A DNA stretch of 64,000 nt from Sphyrna mokarran (Eukaryota), in contig JAGIQG010000043.1 in NCBI GenBank assembly GCA_024679065.1, forward strand, positions 2,604,001-2,668,000. Reading direction: 5' to 3'. This document shows positions 50,301-61,050 of this stretch, piece by piece; position 1 is the first letter of the stretch; the number at the start of each line of letters is the position of its first letter. The notes under the pieces are model-generated. The model saw only the letters and a program-made list of their open reading frames with translations. It searched no databases and was not told the origin of the DNA. Position numbers and translations under genes: made by a program.

Positions 50301-53214
50301 TTCCTGATTTTTGATGTAGTTGGTCTTACTCCCCACATCGTGTCTTTGTTCCCTCCTTCTCCGACTCTTTACGTAATTTCCCATCCCTCTGGCATATTAG
50401 TTCAAACTCTCTCCAACCACTCTAGCAAATAGACCCCCTCTGGCATCAGTCCCAGTCCTGTCAAGGTATAAGCCGTTCAATTTATTCAGGCCCACCTCCC
50501 CTAGAACCGGAGCCAATGCTCCAGGAATCTGCAACCATCCCCTTGACGCCATTTCTTCAGCCAAGTATTTTTCCAATATGTCCTCTCATTTCTACTCTTA
50601 TTGGCATGGGGCACCGGTAGTAATCCTGACATTTTTAACTGTGAGGTCCGATTTTTTAACTTTCTTCCTAGCTCCCTGTAATGTGTTTTTAGGGCCTCAT
50701 TCCTTTTTCATCTATGTCGCTTGTACCAACGTGTACTTCGACTATTGGCTATTTGTCCTCCCTCTTCGGAATGAACGGCAGCCGCTCCGGGACATCCTTG
50801 ATCCTTGGATCCTTGACGCAGGGAGGCAATATACCATCCCGGAATTTCGTTTGCGGCCACAGAAAATCTGTCTAATTCCCCTTACAATGGAATTCCCTAT
50901 CACGATTGCATTTGCATATTTTTTTATCCCTGTCCTCTGCAGCAAAACCAATTGTTGAGCTTTCCGAGAGAGGTCATTCCTAGATTCATTTCCCAGAAAG
51001 GGGGATGGGAGCAAATAATAACCTTAGAAAGGGAAGTCATATCTGGATATGAAAGAGAAAACTTAAAGGGCTGGGGTGGGTGGGGAGGGAATGTTGGAGG
51101 AGGAGGATGATCGTCCGAATAAGATAGTTGAACAGACAATATAAGAATAATGGGCTGAATGCAAGCTTTCTGTGTGAATATGTTAAAGATTTTTACATGT
51201 GTTTTCAGAAATACAAAGCGACAGCGAGAATAATATACCAAACACAAACCTATTCTGGGTTGGGTGCAATTGAATGCAGACTGGCATATTTTAACAACTG
51301 AACGCATCCAAATGCTCAGATGAATATCTCTACACATACACACACACAGATAGACAGACATATATCGATACACACACACACTCAGATATTTATCTATACA
51401 CACACATACACTCACGCTCAGATATTTATTTAAATACACATAGGAATGCACAAACGCTCAAATATTTACCTATATGCACATGTACACACACGCTCAGGTA
51501 TTTATCTGCACACACATAGAAACACACACTCAGATATTTATCGATGAGCACACATATTCATATCCGCACTCAGATATTTACCTATACACACAGAGAAACA
51601 AACACTCGGATATTTAGCCATGCACGTACATATTCATACATATGCTTCGCTGTTTATATGAACACGCACTTAGACACATACACACATGCTCAGATATCTA
51701 TCTGTGCACGCACATAGACATACAAACACTTAGACATTTACATGTACACAAATATAGACACAGATGCGTTCAGAGATTTATCAACTGAATTAATCCAAAT
51801 GTCTCAAAAGTTGAATAGAAACATACAATATATAGAGTAACATTTCACCTTTTCGTTTTTCTGCTGTTTTGGAATTCGACACACTTTTCGTCCAAGCTTT
51901 CCCTGGAGTCCCCAGTTGAACAATACAAGTGCAGAGAGCGCCGCTTCTCCAAGTTACCCCCGACACCATGACATGACTTCTGATGCTGTAGGTCCCGTTC
52001 ACCTCCATTGTCCCGGGATCACTCGATCCTTCAGTGACCAGACCGGAAATATTCCAGGAAACAGCAATCTGGTTGGAAGAAACTCCACTGACCAAACATA
52101 CTAAGGGCACGGTATCATTCACATCCAGCTCAGCCGGCGGGACAAATACCTGCACTGCCGTCTTGTTGGTAGAACTGTCTGGACAGAAATTGGGACACAG
52201 TTAACGATTAATTTACACCAAATGGTTTTGGTGTAAATTAAAAATTTGGTGCAAGCACCAAATGCTTGCTCTCTTACCTCCAACCAGTAGTGTGGGTCCA
52301 TTCTGGAGCGTTGCATAGCCAAGCTTATGGGCACAGTAGTAGGAACCCGAATCATTCACCTGAACATTGCGAATTTCCAGTATCAATTCATGTTTGTCGT
52401 TGCCTTTTTTGGAAGTAAACTTGCAACCTTTCCCCTCACAAGGTGGGATATCGATTACTTTCGGGATTTCATCAACGCGTTGTTTATACCAGAAATAGCT
52501 AGTGACGAATTGCACCTCGTAAGTGCAGCGACAGGTTAAATTGACTGTCTGGCCGACTTCAGCTGTCATAGTGAAGTGCCTCTGAGGTAGAGAGGGCTCA
52601 GAATCTGTAACTAGAGAGATTATTCACACATCACAACAGATTATTTCGACATAGAAAACAGCCACTTGAAAAATAAATAATTCGCTCGTAAATTAAGAAT
52701 AATCACACTAATGTCTTCAAAAATTCTGGCTTCGATTTATTTCCCAATTTTTGTTTCTTCCCTTGAAAGCAGGAAACAGAAAAGAAACAAAATCCTTTTC
52801 CCAAACATCGGCTCACATTTGCATTGTTGTAGCCGGGGAGCATGCTGGTTGGTACCAATGCCTCACAGCGCTGGGCACCGGTCTTCAATCCCTGGCTTGG
52901 ATAATTCTCAGTGCACATTCTCGCCCTGTCTGCGTGAGTTCCCTCAGGGTCCCACAACCCTAAAACTGTGCTGGTTCCGTGGATTGGCTACAATAAATTC
53001 TCCCTCCTTGACCCCGAGCAGGCGCTGAACTGTGGCGACCAGGACATTTTTACAGCAACTTCATTGCAATGTGAATGTAAACCCACTTGTGACACTCATG
53101 CTTAAAAAAACTACGTTTGGCTGATGCCAATTTAGATATCTCACCTGTCACATATTTACCAAAAGCCCACAAAAGTTGGACAATAATTATCAGGGATAAA
53201 GGTCGCTGGGGCAT
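41303..53214 (-). CDS. Non-rearranging antigen-receptor-like IgSF gene (leader-VJ-C1-TM-cytoplasmic YxxL), 8 exons, ~340 aa; VJ-C1/PRARP-like
   Basis: Manual splice model: 53214-53145, 52604-52278, 52178-51849, 44355-44254, 44151-44121, 43866-43832, 41537-41488, 41380-41303. All introns are GT-AG and the phases match (1,1,1,1,2,1,0). The total of 1023 nt is an open frame to TGA. The exon 6 acceptor is the least certain element. Confidence 0.82.
41488..41537 (-). CDS. Exon 7, cytoplasmic (GGHRQTEAKLKTQCGIQ)
   Basis: Acceptor acacacag|, donor ACAG|gtgagt, 50 nt, phase 1-0. Confidence 0.7.
42085..42430 (-). mobile_element. CR1 3' fragment
   Basis: KDVEALERVQKKFTRMLP, WNALP. Confidence 0.85.
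42526..42660 (+). pseudogene. TCR-alpha/delta-like transmembrane relic (SLLVLILFLFVKTAATSVIV)
   Basis: Open frame in ORF 42518..42736, with a Lys inside the hydrophobic stretch in an LFxKT context. Acceptor is weak. Confidence 0.33.
42810..43445 (+). mobile_element. Old CR1 3' fragment
   Basis: KEANNILTFIGR...LLLYRT; CR1-like tail. Confidence 0.75.
43832..43866 (-). CDS. Exon 6, cytoplasmic (TRQQERSKERKT); acceptor uncertain
   Basis: Strong donor ACAG|gtaag. The first AG after a CTAAC branch point and pyrimidine tract gives a phase 2-1 exon that keeps the downstream frame. Confidence 0.5.
44121..44151 (-). CDS. Exon 5, cytoplasmic (EDRHIGSHNE)
   Basis: Strong acceptor ttcttctattttag| and donor |gtgagt; 31 nt, phase 1-2. 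Confidence 0.75.
44254..44355 (-). CDS. Exon 4, transmembrane exon EWCTKMISIGIPILIIMILLFILISIWSCKKGRS
   Basis: Acceptor tctctatag|AA, donor TCAG|gtgag, 102 nt, phase 1-1. About 22 uncharged residues followed by a basic stop-transfer (KKGR). Confidence 0.85.
44615..45100 (-). mobile_element. CR1 3' fragment
   Basis: LERVQRRFTRMISGMK; tail. Confidence 0.8.
45370..45935 (+). mobile_element. Old CR1 3' fragment
   Basis: EYRSWDVMLQLYKT and WNEL-type motifs. Confidence 0.75.
46021..46290. mobile_element. Palindromic Penelope-like element with hammerhead-like core
   Basis: Imperfect inverted arms at ~46059-46142 and ~46204-46289; CTGACGA-aggggcaaacgct-GAAA at 46202-46225. Confidence 0.55.
48195..50920 (-). 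mobile_element. Degenerate long CR1 including ORF1 esterase-like part
   Basis: AIVIGNSIVRGI...VYCLPA (ORF 50742..51014); EN and RT remnants; 3' tail near 48200. Confidence 0.85.
51315..51780. repeat. CA-rich minisatellite (ctcagatatttatct(ac)n units) in intron 3 of the VJ-C1 gene
   Basis: More than ten degenerate units visible. Confidence 0.85.
51849..52178 (-). CDS. Exon 3, C1-set Ig domain
   Basis: Acceptor tttctgtccag|AC, donor AAAG|gtgaaa, 330 nt. Encodes VFVPP...VPLVCLVSG...VSW...NGTYSIRSHV...W.SG..CTCIV, the C1-set pattern. The V-C intron is 99 bp. Confidence 0.92.
52278..52604 (-). CDS. Exon 2, V-set domain with germline-joined J-like G strand
   Basis: Acceptor ttacag|AT, donor GGAG|gtaag, 327 nt. 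Encodes GQTVNLTC...FWYKQ...LEIRNVQVNDSGSYYC...LQNGPTLLVG (canonical Cys, Trp, DxGxYYC). Matches ORF 52213..52569. Confidence 0.93.
53145..53214 (-). CDS. Exon 1, signal peptide MPQRPLSLIIIVQLLWAFGKYVT
   Basis: AAAATG start and hydrophobic core. Phase-1 donor ACAG|gtgagatatc at 53145, with an alternative in-frame donor TTTG|gtaaat at 53160. Confidence 0.75.
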
Positions 53215-54319
53215 TTTGCGGAGGTGAGCAAATCACCCAGCTTCCACTCCTAACAGTTTGCTTTTGGTGAGCATTCGCCGACAGACCTGGGTTCAGTCCC
53301 AGTTGATTGATGCACTTTAAGATGAGATGGAAACTATGACAAGGGGCGCAATGGAAAGTGTGACACAATACTGGGGGAAATGACCTGCTGAATGCCACAT
53401 GCATCTGACGCATTGTGGTCGCTACATACGTGTCACAAAGGTCAAGCGATAGAATATCAATACGGAGCTTGACTGGTTTGTCTTTCCGAGGGGATCACAA
53501 CTTAATCAATGTGCGGGTACGTGCTGAATATGTAAGTAAAAGTTTAATTTATTTTCAGGGTGTGGGCTGTGGGACTTAGTTTAAAAGAACGGCCAAGGGT
53601 GAATCATTGAAACTTACAGAATAGTGAAAAGCCTGGGGAAGATTTTCAGAATTGAACCGAATAGAATAGAATTCCTACTGTGCAGAAAGGGGGTCCATTC
53701 AGCACATAGAACCTGCATTGATAACAATCCCACCCAAGCCATATCTCTGCATTGCCACCTTACACTGCTAGCCCCTGACAATAAGGGGCAAGTTAGCATG
53801 GCCAGTCGAACTCACGCATGGAGTGTGGGAGGAAACTGGAGCACCTGGAGGAAAACCGTGCGTTCACAGCGAGAATGTGCAAACTCCGCGTAATCACTAA
53901 AGTCCGGAATTCAACACGGGACCATTGTGCTGAGCAGCAGCTAATCAATATGTCACCGTTCATTAGTTGAACAGACTAGTCTCCTGGGGCACAGATTTAG
54001 AGTAAAGTATTGATCCTTCTGAGCCGAGATGAGAGAGAATTTCTTCAGCAAGAGGGCGATGAATCTGTGGAATTTATTACCACAGAATACTGTGGAGGGC
54101 AAGTCATTCAGTGCATTTAAGACAGAAATAGATATTTGATTTGTAAGATGCTCGAAGCTAATGGCTTAAAGTTGGGAGAATGGGACTGACAAACATATCA
54201 GCCGTGGATGGCAAAGCAGAATCAATGGGTTGAATGGCCTAATTCTGGTCACTTGGCTGGGGCCGCCAGTATTAACTAATTTGGTGGGCCGGTTGATCAA
54301 TGTTGGTGAGTTACCTTAA

Positions 54320-55550
54320 TAGAACAAAGAGCACTGAACATTGAGCAATACAGCACCGGAACAGGCCCTACAGCCTTCGATGTTTTGCTGTAAATGACAC
54401 CTAATGACACTAATCCCTTCTGCTTGTGTGGTTCATATCCCTCTATTCCTTGCATATTCATGTGCTTAACTAAGGGTCCCTTAAACAACCCTATCTTCCC
54501 TGCCTCCACCACCATCCCAGGCAGGGCTGTCCAGACACCTACCACTCTCTTTGCAAAACATTTATCCCTCACATCTTTGAATTTCTCCCTATCATCTTAA
54601 GTGCATGCCCCTTGATATTTGACATTTCATGTCTGGGGAAAAAGAAAAATGTTGACTGTCAAACTTTTTCAAGGAACATCATAATGTAATAGACTTCTAT
54701 CAGGTCTCTGCTCAGCTTCTGCTGCTCCAAAACAAAAACAACTTCTACACTTTCTCTATGGCAATCCATTTGCTAACCAACAGCCCTAAATAAGACGGAG
54801 GGGGGGGGGGGTCCAATATTTTGACATCACCATACCAAAAGAACAGAGATAGATTTCCACCATGTTGTCTCTTACGAGGGGGAAAGTGTGGTGGTGATGA
54901 TGTCGCCATGCGTCTGCTGCCTTTATCCTTCTGGACGATTAAGGTGTGGGATTTGCAAGATGAACGACAGGAAAATAGATTGAATGTTATGAGCCATTCT
55001 GAAACAAAATGTATTACTTTTACAATTATTGACATAGAAACATAGGAAATATTAGCAGGAAGAGGCCACTCAGCCCTTTGAGACTGTTCTGCCACCAATT
55101 TTGATCATGGCTGACTATCAAATTCAATATACTGATTCCCCTTCTCCCCATATCCCTCAATCCCTTTAGCCCCAAGACGTATATATAATTTCTTCTTGAA
55201 ATCACACTTGTCCTCAACTACTTTCTGTGGGAGTGAATTCCTTACATTCGCCATCCCCTGTGTGAAGAAATTTCTCCTCACCTCATCCCTTATCCTCAGG
55301 CTATGACTCCGAGTTCTGGACTACCCGAACAGTTGGAATTTTTCTATGTGAATCAATTTTATCATTTCTGCGAGATCCCCTCTTACTCTTCTAAACTCCA
55401 AAGAATACAATCCTAACCGGTTTAATCTCTCCTCATACGATAGGCCTGTCATCCCAGGAATCAGCCTGGTAAACCTTCGCTGTACTCACTCTATAGCAAA
55501 GGCATCCTTCCTGAGATAAGAACATCAAAACTATACACAATACTCCAGGT
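54320..55550 (-). mobile_element. Two CR1 3' fragments (54320-54740, 55030-55550)
   Basis: FAKRVVGVWTALP; CR1 tails. Confidence 0.8.
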
Positions 55551-56398
55551 TTACTTTTGGTATTGCATAACGTTTTGGGCTCAGCCAACGCTCTCTGGGT
55601 CAGGAAATTTCACCTCAGTTCAGTCCGGAAAGATTGAAACCATGTCCTCAAACAATGATCACTAGTTGGTGACACAACCTGCTTGCACAGAAACTGGAAT
55701 ATATTGGATGGAATGTGAGTGCACATATTTAAGGTGCACAGTGGCAGTTGTTTCAATATTCCCTATGTGAAGAGAAGTACACTGTCGCTGATTAAGGGAA
55801 CACATTCCTTAGTCAGTGAAGCCTGGTATCTGTAACTTTTCTTCCAAACTGTGAGTTGAAGAACCTAGTGCATTTATGAGGAGACTGTAAATGAGGTTAT
55901 TCAGAAATAGCCTGGTCTTTGCTCATTGTATCAAAGCCGAGCGGCAGACCATTTCTGGTTGTGGTTTCGAGCTTAGAGCTAAGGTGTGCCCTGAGCAGGC
56001 AGCTCTGAGCTTGCAGCTTCTCAACTGTGAAAACAAGCAAACCACTGAGAGCTTCTGGCTCGAATATTTTTCCATCAGTGGTGTAAAGTGGATAGAAACG
56101 TGGCTAGTGACTTCCGCCCCTCGACGTCCTCTGCACACCGCGGAACAGGCAAAGCGTCATTGTGTGGGCAAAAGGTAACAGCTAGAGCCAATGCGCTTCT
56201 TTTGCTGCCACGCCAAACCCTCTGTTGCAAGTTCGACTGACTAGATGCATTTTCATTCTAGGTCCTGCACTTATGCAGAACAGTCCAAGCGCTCAGTTCC
56301 CGGTGAAGTAAGATAGTCTTCTACCAGTATTTCATTCTACAAATCTCTTAACAGAAGGGGAGGCGAAAATCTAGTGGCATTATCGGTAGACTACTAAT

Positions 56399-56855
56399 AC
56401 AAAGAACAAAGAACAAAACAGCATGGTAAACAGGCCCTTCGGCCCAACGAGCCCGCCCCGCCACCTCGATGTTCCCACTTCTACACGCGATCCCTATGTT
56501 TGTAGATCTATGGACTAAAAACGAAATTTGAGACAATTTAGGGAGAATTTGTTTTGCCAATTAGCGTAAGAGCACATCTTTGGGATGTGGGAGGAACCCG
56601 GAGCTCCCAGAGAAAACCCACGCAAGCACGGGGAGAATGCGCAAACTCCCACAGGCACAGGCCCAAATCCATGTATCTGCGCTGTCGTGTTGCCCATCAG
56701 ATGGTCCAGGTCAAGCATACACTCACGATGTGAAGCAGTAGGATACTCTCGAAAAAGGTCCAAGACCAGTCCTCTCACGACCCATCGCGTGTATGCCCCT
56801 TGTTCGACAAGAAGGTGGACCAAAGCACCTGTGGGATAAAAACAAGTGCATCAAT
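56399..56855 (-). mobile_element. Solo 3' UTR (hairpin + V-SINE core + tail) of the composite CR1 family
   Basis: Collinear with 7345-7830. Confidence 0.85.
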
Positions 56856-58949
56856 AATATAGAAAGCAATCCCTATACTGCAGAAGGAGGCCATTCGACC
56901 CATGTACTCTGCACCGACAACAATCCTACCCAGGCCCTATCCCTGCAACCACACATTATGTATCACTCGAACCTATGCACCCGGGACGCTAAGGGAGAAT
57001 TTACCAATTTCAATGAACTACATATATTTGGACGATAGAGGAAAAGTGGTACACCTGGAAGGAACTCATGCAAATATGGGAGAATGAGCAAACTCCACAC
57101 AGACAAGCTGTGTGACCCAAGCCTGCAATCGAACCTAAATCCCTGGAGTTGTGAAGTAGCAGTGATAACCACTGTGCTCACGGGATCCAGACACTCAGTT
57201 GCTATTCTGGGGACCCTTGATAGGATTCCTCCAAGGCAGCTGGTGGAATTTGAATTCAATTAAGTTACCTGGGATTCAGAACCTACTGATAAACATAAAT
57301 CCATCGTTAGGGAAAAAACATCTAGTTCACAATTTTGTTCATAGAAGGTAACCTGCCATCCTTACCTGGTGTGGCCTACATGTGACGTCAGACTCATGGC
57401 AACACGGTTGATTTTCAAATCATTTTTATGACACTCTACTGCCAGCGGACAATTAGTGATGGATAATAAATTCTGGGCAGCGCGCGACGCCCATGTGCCA
57501 TAAATGTATTTTCCGTTTCGTGGCAACATGCATTCCCCATCATAATACTGAAGATTGTTTGACATGATTTCCTGAGGGGTTTTACAGATAACTTGTACAT
57601 GTTTAACTGAACTTACGTCAGAAATAGGCCATGTTTCCAATGAGAGAATCCGATCAGCAGAAACATCTGTCTCATTAATTAATAGTTCCATGTATTTTGT
57701 CTGTTAGAATGATGTTTATTGACCATTTGCAAAACTTTCCAAATTGATCAGGATTCTATTCTTTATCGTCGTTAGGATTTGAAGTTATTAAAACAGCTGA
57801 TTTGGTGAGGACTGATATTCCACTGGCACTTTTTTTAAAGCATATGTTTTCTTAATATGCCTTGGTTTTCTATACTACTTGTCTTTAATTTATTCACACC
57901 CTCGCCGCACTGCTCCACGCACTCTTTGCCTCCCGAAAGTTCAGTGAATATCTCCCTCAAGAAAGAAAAACTAAGTATCCGTTTCACTATTTTGACAGGT
58001 AATATTGCCACTCTTTTGGTCAGAGTTTCAACCATCTCAATGTTCAGATCACCATCCATTTGTCCTGGTCCCTTCACAGTAATGTTCCTTTTAAGAAAAC
58101 CCACTAAGGCCTTGGGGGGTCACAGTGGCACAGTGGTTACCATTGCCGCCTTAAACGCCAGGGTTGGTGTGACTTTCTGCGTGACGTTTGCACAGTTTCC
58201 CGTGTCTGCATTTACTTCGGGTGTTCCGGATTCGCCTCACTCTTCAAAGATGTGCAGGTTAGGTGAATTGGCCATGTTAAATTCTTCCTCAGTGTCCCTC
58301 GACAGGCGCCAGAGGCCTGAGTGTGGGAAATAGGGGATTCACACACACTAACTTCAGTGTAATGTAAGCCGACTTTTGACAAGTAAATGAACTTTAAATT
58401 TCTCAAGACGTAAAGGAATCTGGCTTGTCTGCTTTGACTCCCGCCAACTTTTACAGATGCATCATACGAAGCATCCTTGTATCACAGATTCGTATGGTGC
58501 TTTCCAGAAAATACAAAGGGTTGTGAATGAATTCATCTGAAATTTCTTGCTAACGCGTTATTTAATCAAATCGCATGAACTCAGATATAGAACCATAGAA
58601 CCATAGAAAATTACCACGCAGCCTCTAAAACATACGGGCTAAATGATAGGACTCTGAAGAGTACAGTTGAACAGAGGGATCTGGGAATTCAGGTACAGAA
58701 TTCCCTAAAATTGACGTCACTAGTGGATAGAGTGGTAAAGAGTGCTTTTGGTACATTTTACTTTATAAATCGTAATATCAAGTATAAAAGTTGGAGTGTT
58801 ATGCTAAGGTTATGTAAGGCATTGGTGAGGCCGAATTTAGAGTATTGTGTACAGTTTTGGTCACCTAGTTACAAAAAGGATGTAAATAAGGTTGAAAGAG
58901 TTTTTTTTTCCCGATCTATATGCGTATTAAAATCACCCATGGTTATTGT

Positions 58950-59160
58950 TATACCTGTCAACATTCTCGTGAACTTCTGTCATGCCGGCGATTCCTGGGA
59001 CAGGCTAGTTGTATCATCCACTGGATATTTCTCGTTGAATTTTGTTCCAAGTGCCTTGCCCGTTAATGAGCATACCGGTGTTTTTGGACCTTCTTAACCT
59101 GTTAACTGTCACTTTCAACGCCGACTGAATGGGGCAGGACAGAAATTGACAATGATCTGC
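58950..59160 (+). pseudogene. Decayed V(J)-like 3' half
   Basis: One frame with one stop: GYFSLNF..ALPVNEHTGVF...*...LNGAGQKLTMI. Upstream sequence is replaced by CR1. Confidence 0.3.
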
Positions 59161-59617
59161 TAATGATGGGATCACTTAGCTCTGTCTATCGCATGCTGGG
59201 TTTGCTGGTTGTCACGCAAATCGCCCTGTTTTCTACCTAAACAACGTTACACTTGATTTTCAACGTTCTTCTTCCTAGCATGCCCGCTTGTGCATATCAA
59301 TTTAACCAGAGTTCATCGCCCTGCTCGATATTAACTGTTGACCTGGAGGGCATACTGAACCATCATTTTTGATTAAGTTTAATTTATTGAACTTCGTGGA
59401 TTCCCAGAATCAAGTTTCTAAATCTCTTTTATAATTCTATTATATTTTAATAAAATAACGTCAAGTTACAGAGAATATGTTCAATATGAAGACGGGAACG
59501 CTATGTGTTAGTCTTTCCAATGTCTACGGTCACCTGTAGATGCAGTTGCGACAGATAGATTGTCGGGAACGATTTCAAGTAGCTCCTTTTCCGTCTTTTT
59601 GTTTCTATCATCAACAG

Positions 59618-59710
59618 TCGCAGCTGGACTCCAGTCAAATTTATGCCATTTTGCCCAAGGCCAGTTCGGCCAGCAGTGGCGTTATCGTGCCACTAGGTGT
59701 TCGTCACTGA
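59618..59710 (+). pseudogene. Terminal-exon-like segment SQLDSSQIYAILPKASSASSGVIVPLGVRH*
   Basis: Strong acceptor ctttttgtttctatcatcaacag|, phase 0. Begins SQ and carries YxxL, like exon 8 of the intact gene. Confidence 0.42.
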
Positions 59711-59869
59711 ATACCCCCAATGGAGGGTATTTTGCATCTTTAACACAGTATGTCTTCGAGTGGTTTTCAAGATGGAGCAGTATTGATTCATGAGCTGAGG
59801 CGGACAGTGTTTTACTTCTGCGCTTCTGCAGATTCTGTAAATGTCTGTCTAAGTTGTGCATGTTTATTG

Positions 59870-60342
59870 ATGACTTTTCTTTTACTTCATAGGTGATTCG
59901 GTCCGCCTTCTTGACCAACAAGGGGCATACACGCGGTGGGTCGTGCGAGGGCTGCACTTGGATGATCCTTCGAGAATTGCCCAATGCTTCACGTCGTTAG
60001 TGTACGCTTAAATTAGACCATCTGACGGGCAACATGACAGCTCAGTGACGATCACTGTTTGCTGTGCAGACACATGGATTTGGGCAGGTGTCTGCGGGAG
60101 TTTGCACATTCTCCCCATGATTGCGTGGTTTTCTCCGGCTGCTCAGTTTCCTCCCACGCCCCAAAAACGTGGTCTTAGGCTAATTGGTGTAAATAATTGT
60201 TCCGAAATTAGTCTTCCTCAATCTTCCCCAATAGGCGTAGACAAAGGCCGTGGGTAGAGGAGAGCATTCATAATGTTAAAATGGCGGCACTGGCTCGTTG
60301 GGCCGAAGAGCTGTTCCCCGTGCTGTACTGTTCTTTGTTCTT
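59870..60342 (+). mobile_element. Solo 3' UTR of the composite CR1 family (third subtype)
   Basis: Collinear with 7365-7830 and 32745-33164. Confidence 0.85.
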
Positions 60343-60419
60343 TGTAAAAGCTCGTGAATATAGCCCAATCCATCACGCAAACCAACCTTCCATCCATTGA
60401 TTCTGTCGACACTTCCCAA

Positions 60420-61050
60420 ATAAGAACATAAAAACATAAGAAATACGAGCACGAATAGGCCATACTCCTACTCCTGCTCGAGGAGTAGCCCTCGAGCCTG
60501 CCCCGCCATTCAATAAGATCATGGATGATCAGTACCACTTTCCCGCTTTCTCCCCGTAACCCTTAATTCCCTTGTCAATTAAAAACCTATCCACTCTTGA
60601 CTTGAAGATATACAGCGAGGAAGCCTCCACCACTTCATCACGCAGAGAATTCCAATGATTCACCACCCTCTGCGTGAAGAAACCCCTCCGCAACTCCGAT
60701 CTGAACCGTACTGCACCCTCCCCCCTCCCACCCCCGATCTTGACGCTGTGCCCTTTAGTCCTGCTTTCTTTGTTAAGCGGGAAGAGTCTCTCAACCTCTA
60801 CCTTATCCACCCCCTTCATTGTCTTATACGTTTCTATAAGATCCCCTCTCAGCCTTCTAAACTCCAAAGAGTACACACCTAGCCTATTCAGTCTCTCCTC
60901 ATAATCCTACGCCCTCTTCTCCGGTATCAGCCTAGTAAACCTTTTCTGCACCCCCTCCAAGGCCAATATATATTTTCTCGAATGTGGAGACCAAAACTGC
61001 GCACAGTACTCCAGCTGCGGCCTCACCAGCACCCTGTACAGCTGCAAAGC
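60420..61050 (-). mobile_element. CR1 3' fragment inserted in a Rex1-like tail (60345-60415 / 61100-61210)
   Basis: ORF 60529..60876 SLEFRRLRGDLIETYK...FFTQRVV. Confidence 0.88.

Noticed and set aside
51790-52569. Calling the V-C1 pair a conventional Ig light chain or TCR locus
   Set aside because: There is no separate J and no RSS, no FGxG, and no charged CART-type TM; it has a multi-exon tail with YxxL.
57841-57998. Signal-peptide- or TM-like ORF start MPWFSILLVFNLF
   Set aside because: The T-rich DNA is hydrophobic in all three frames, and I could not link it to any downstream exon.
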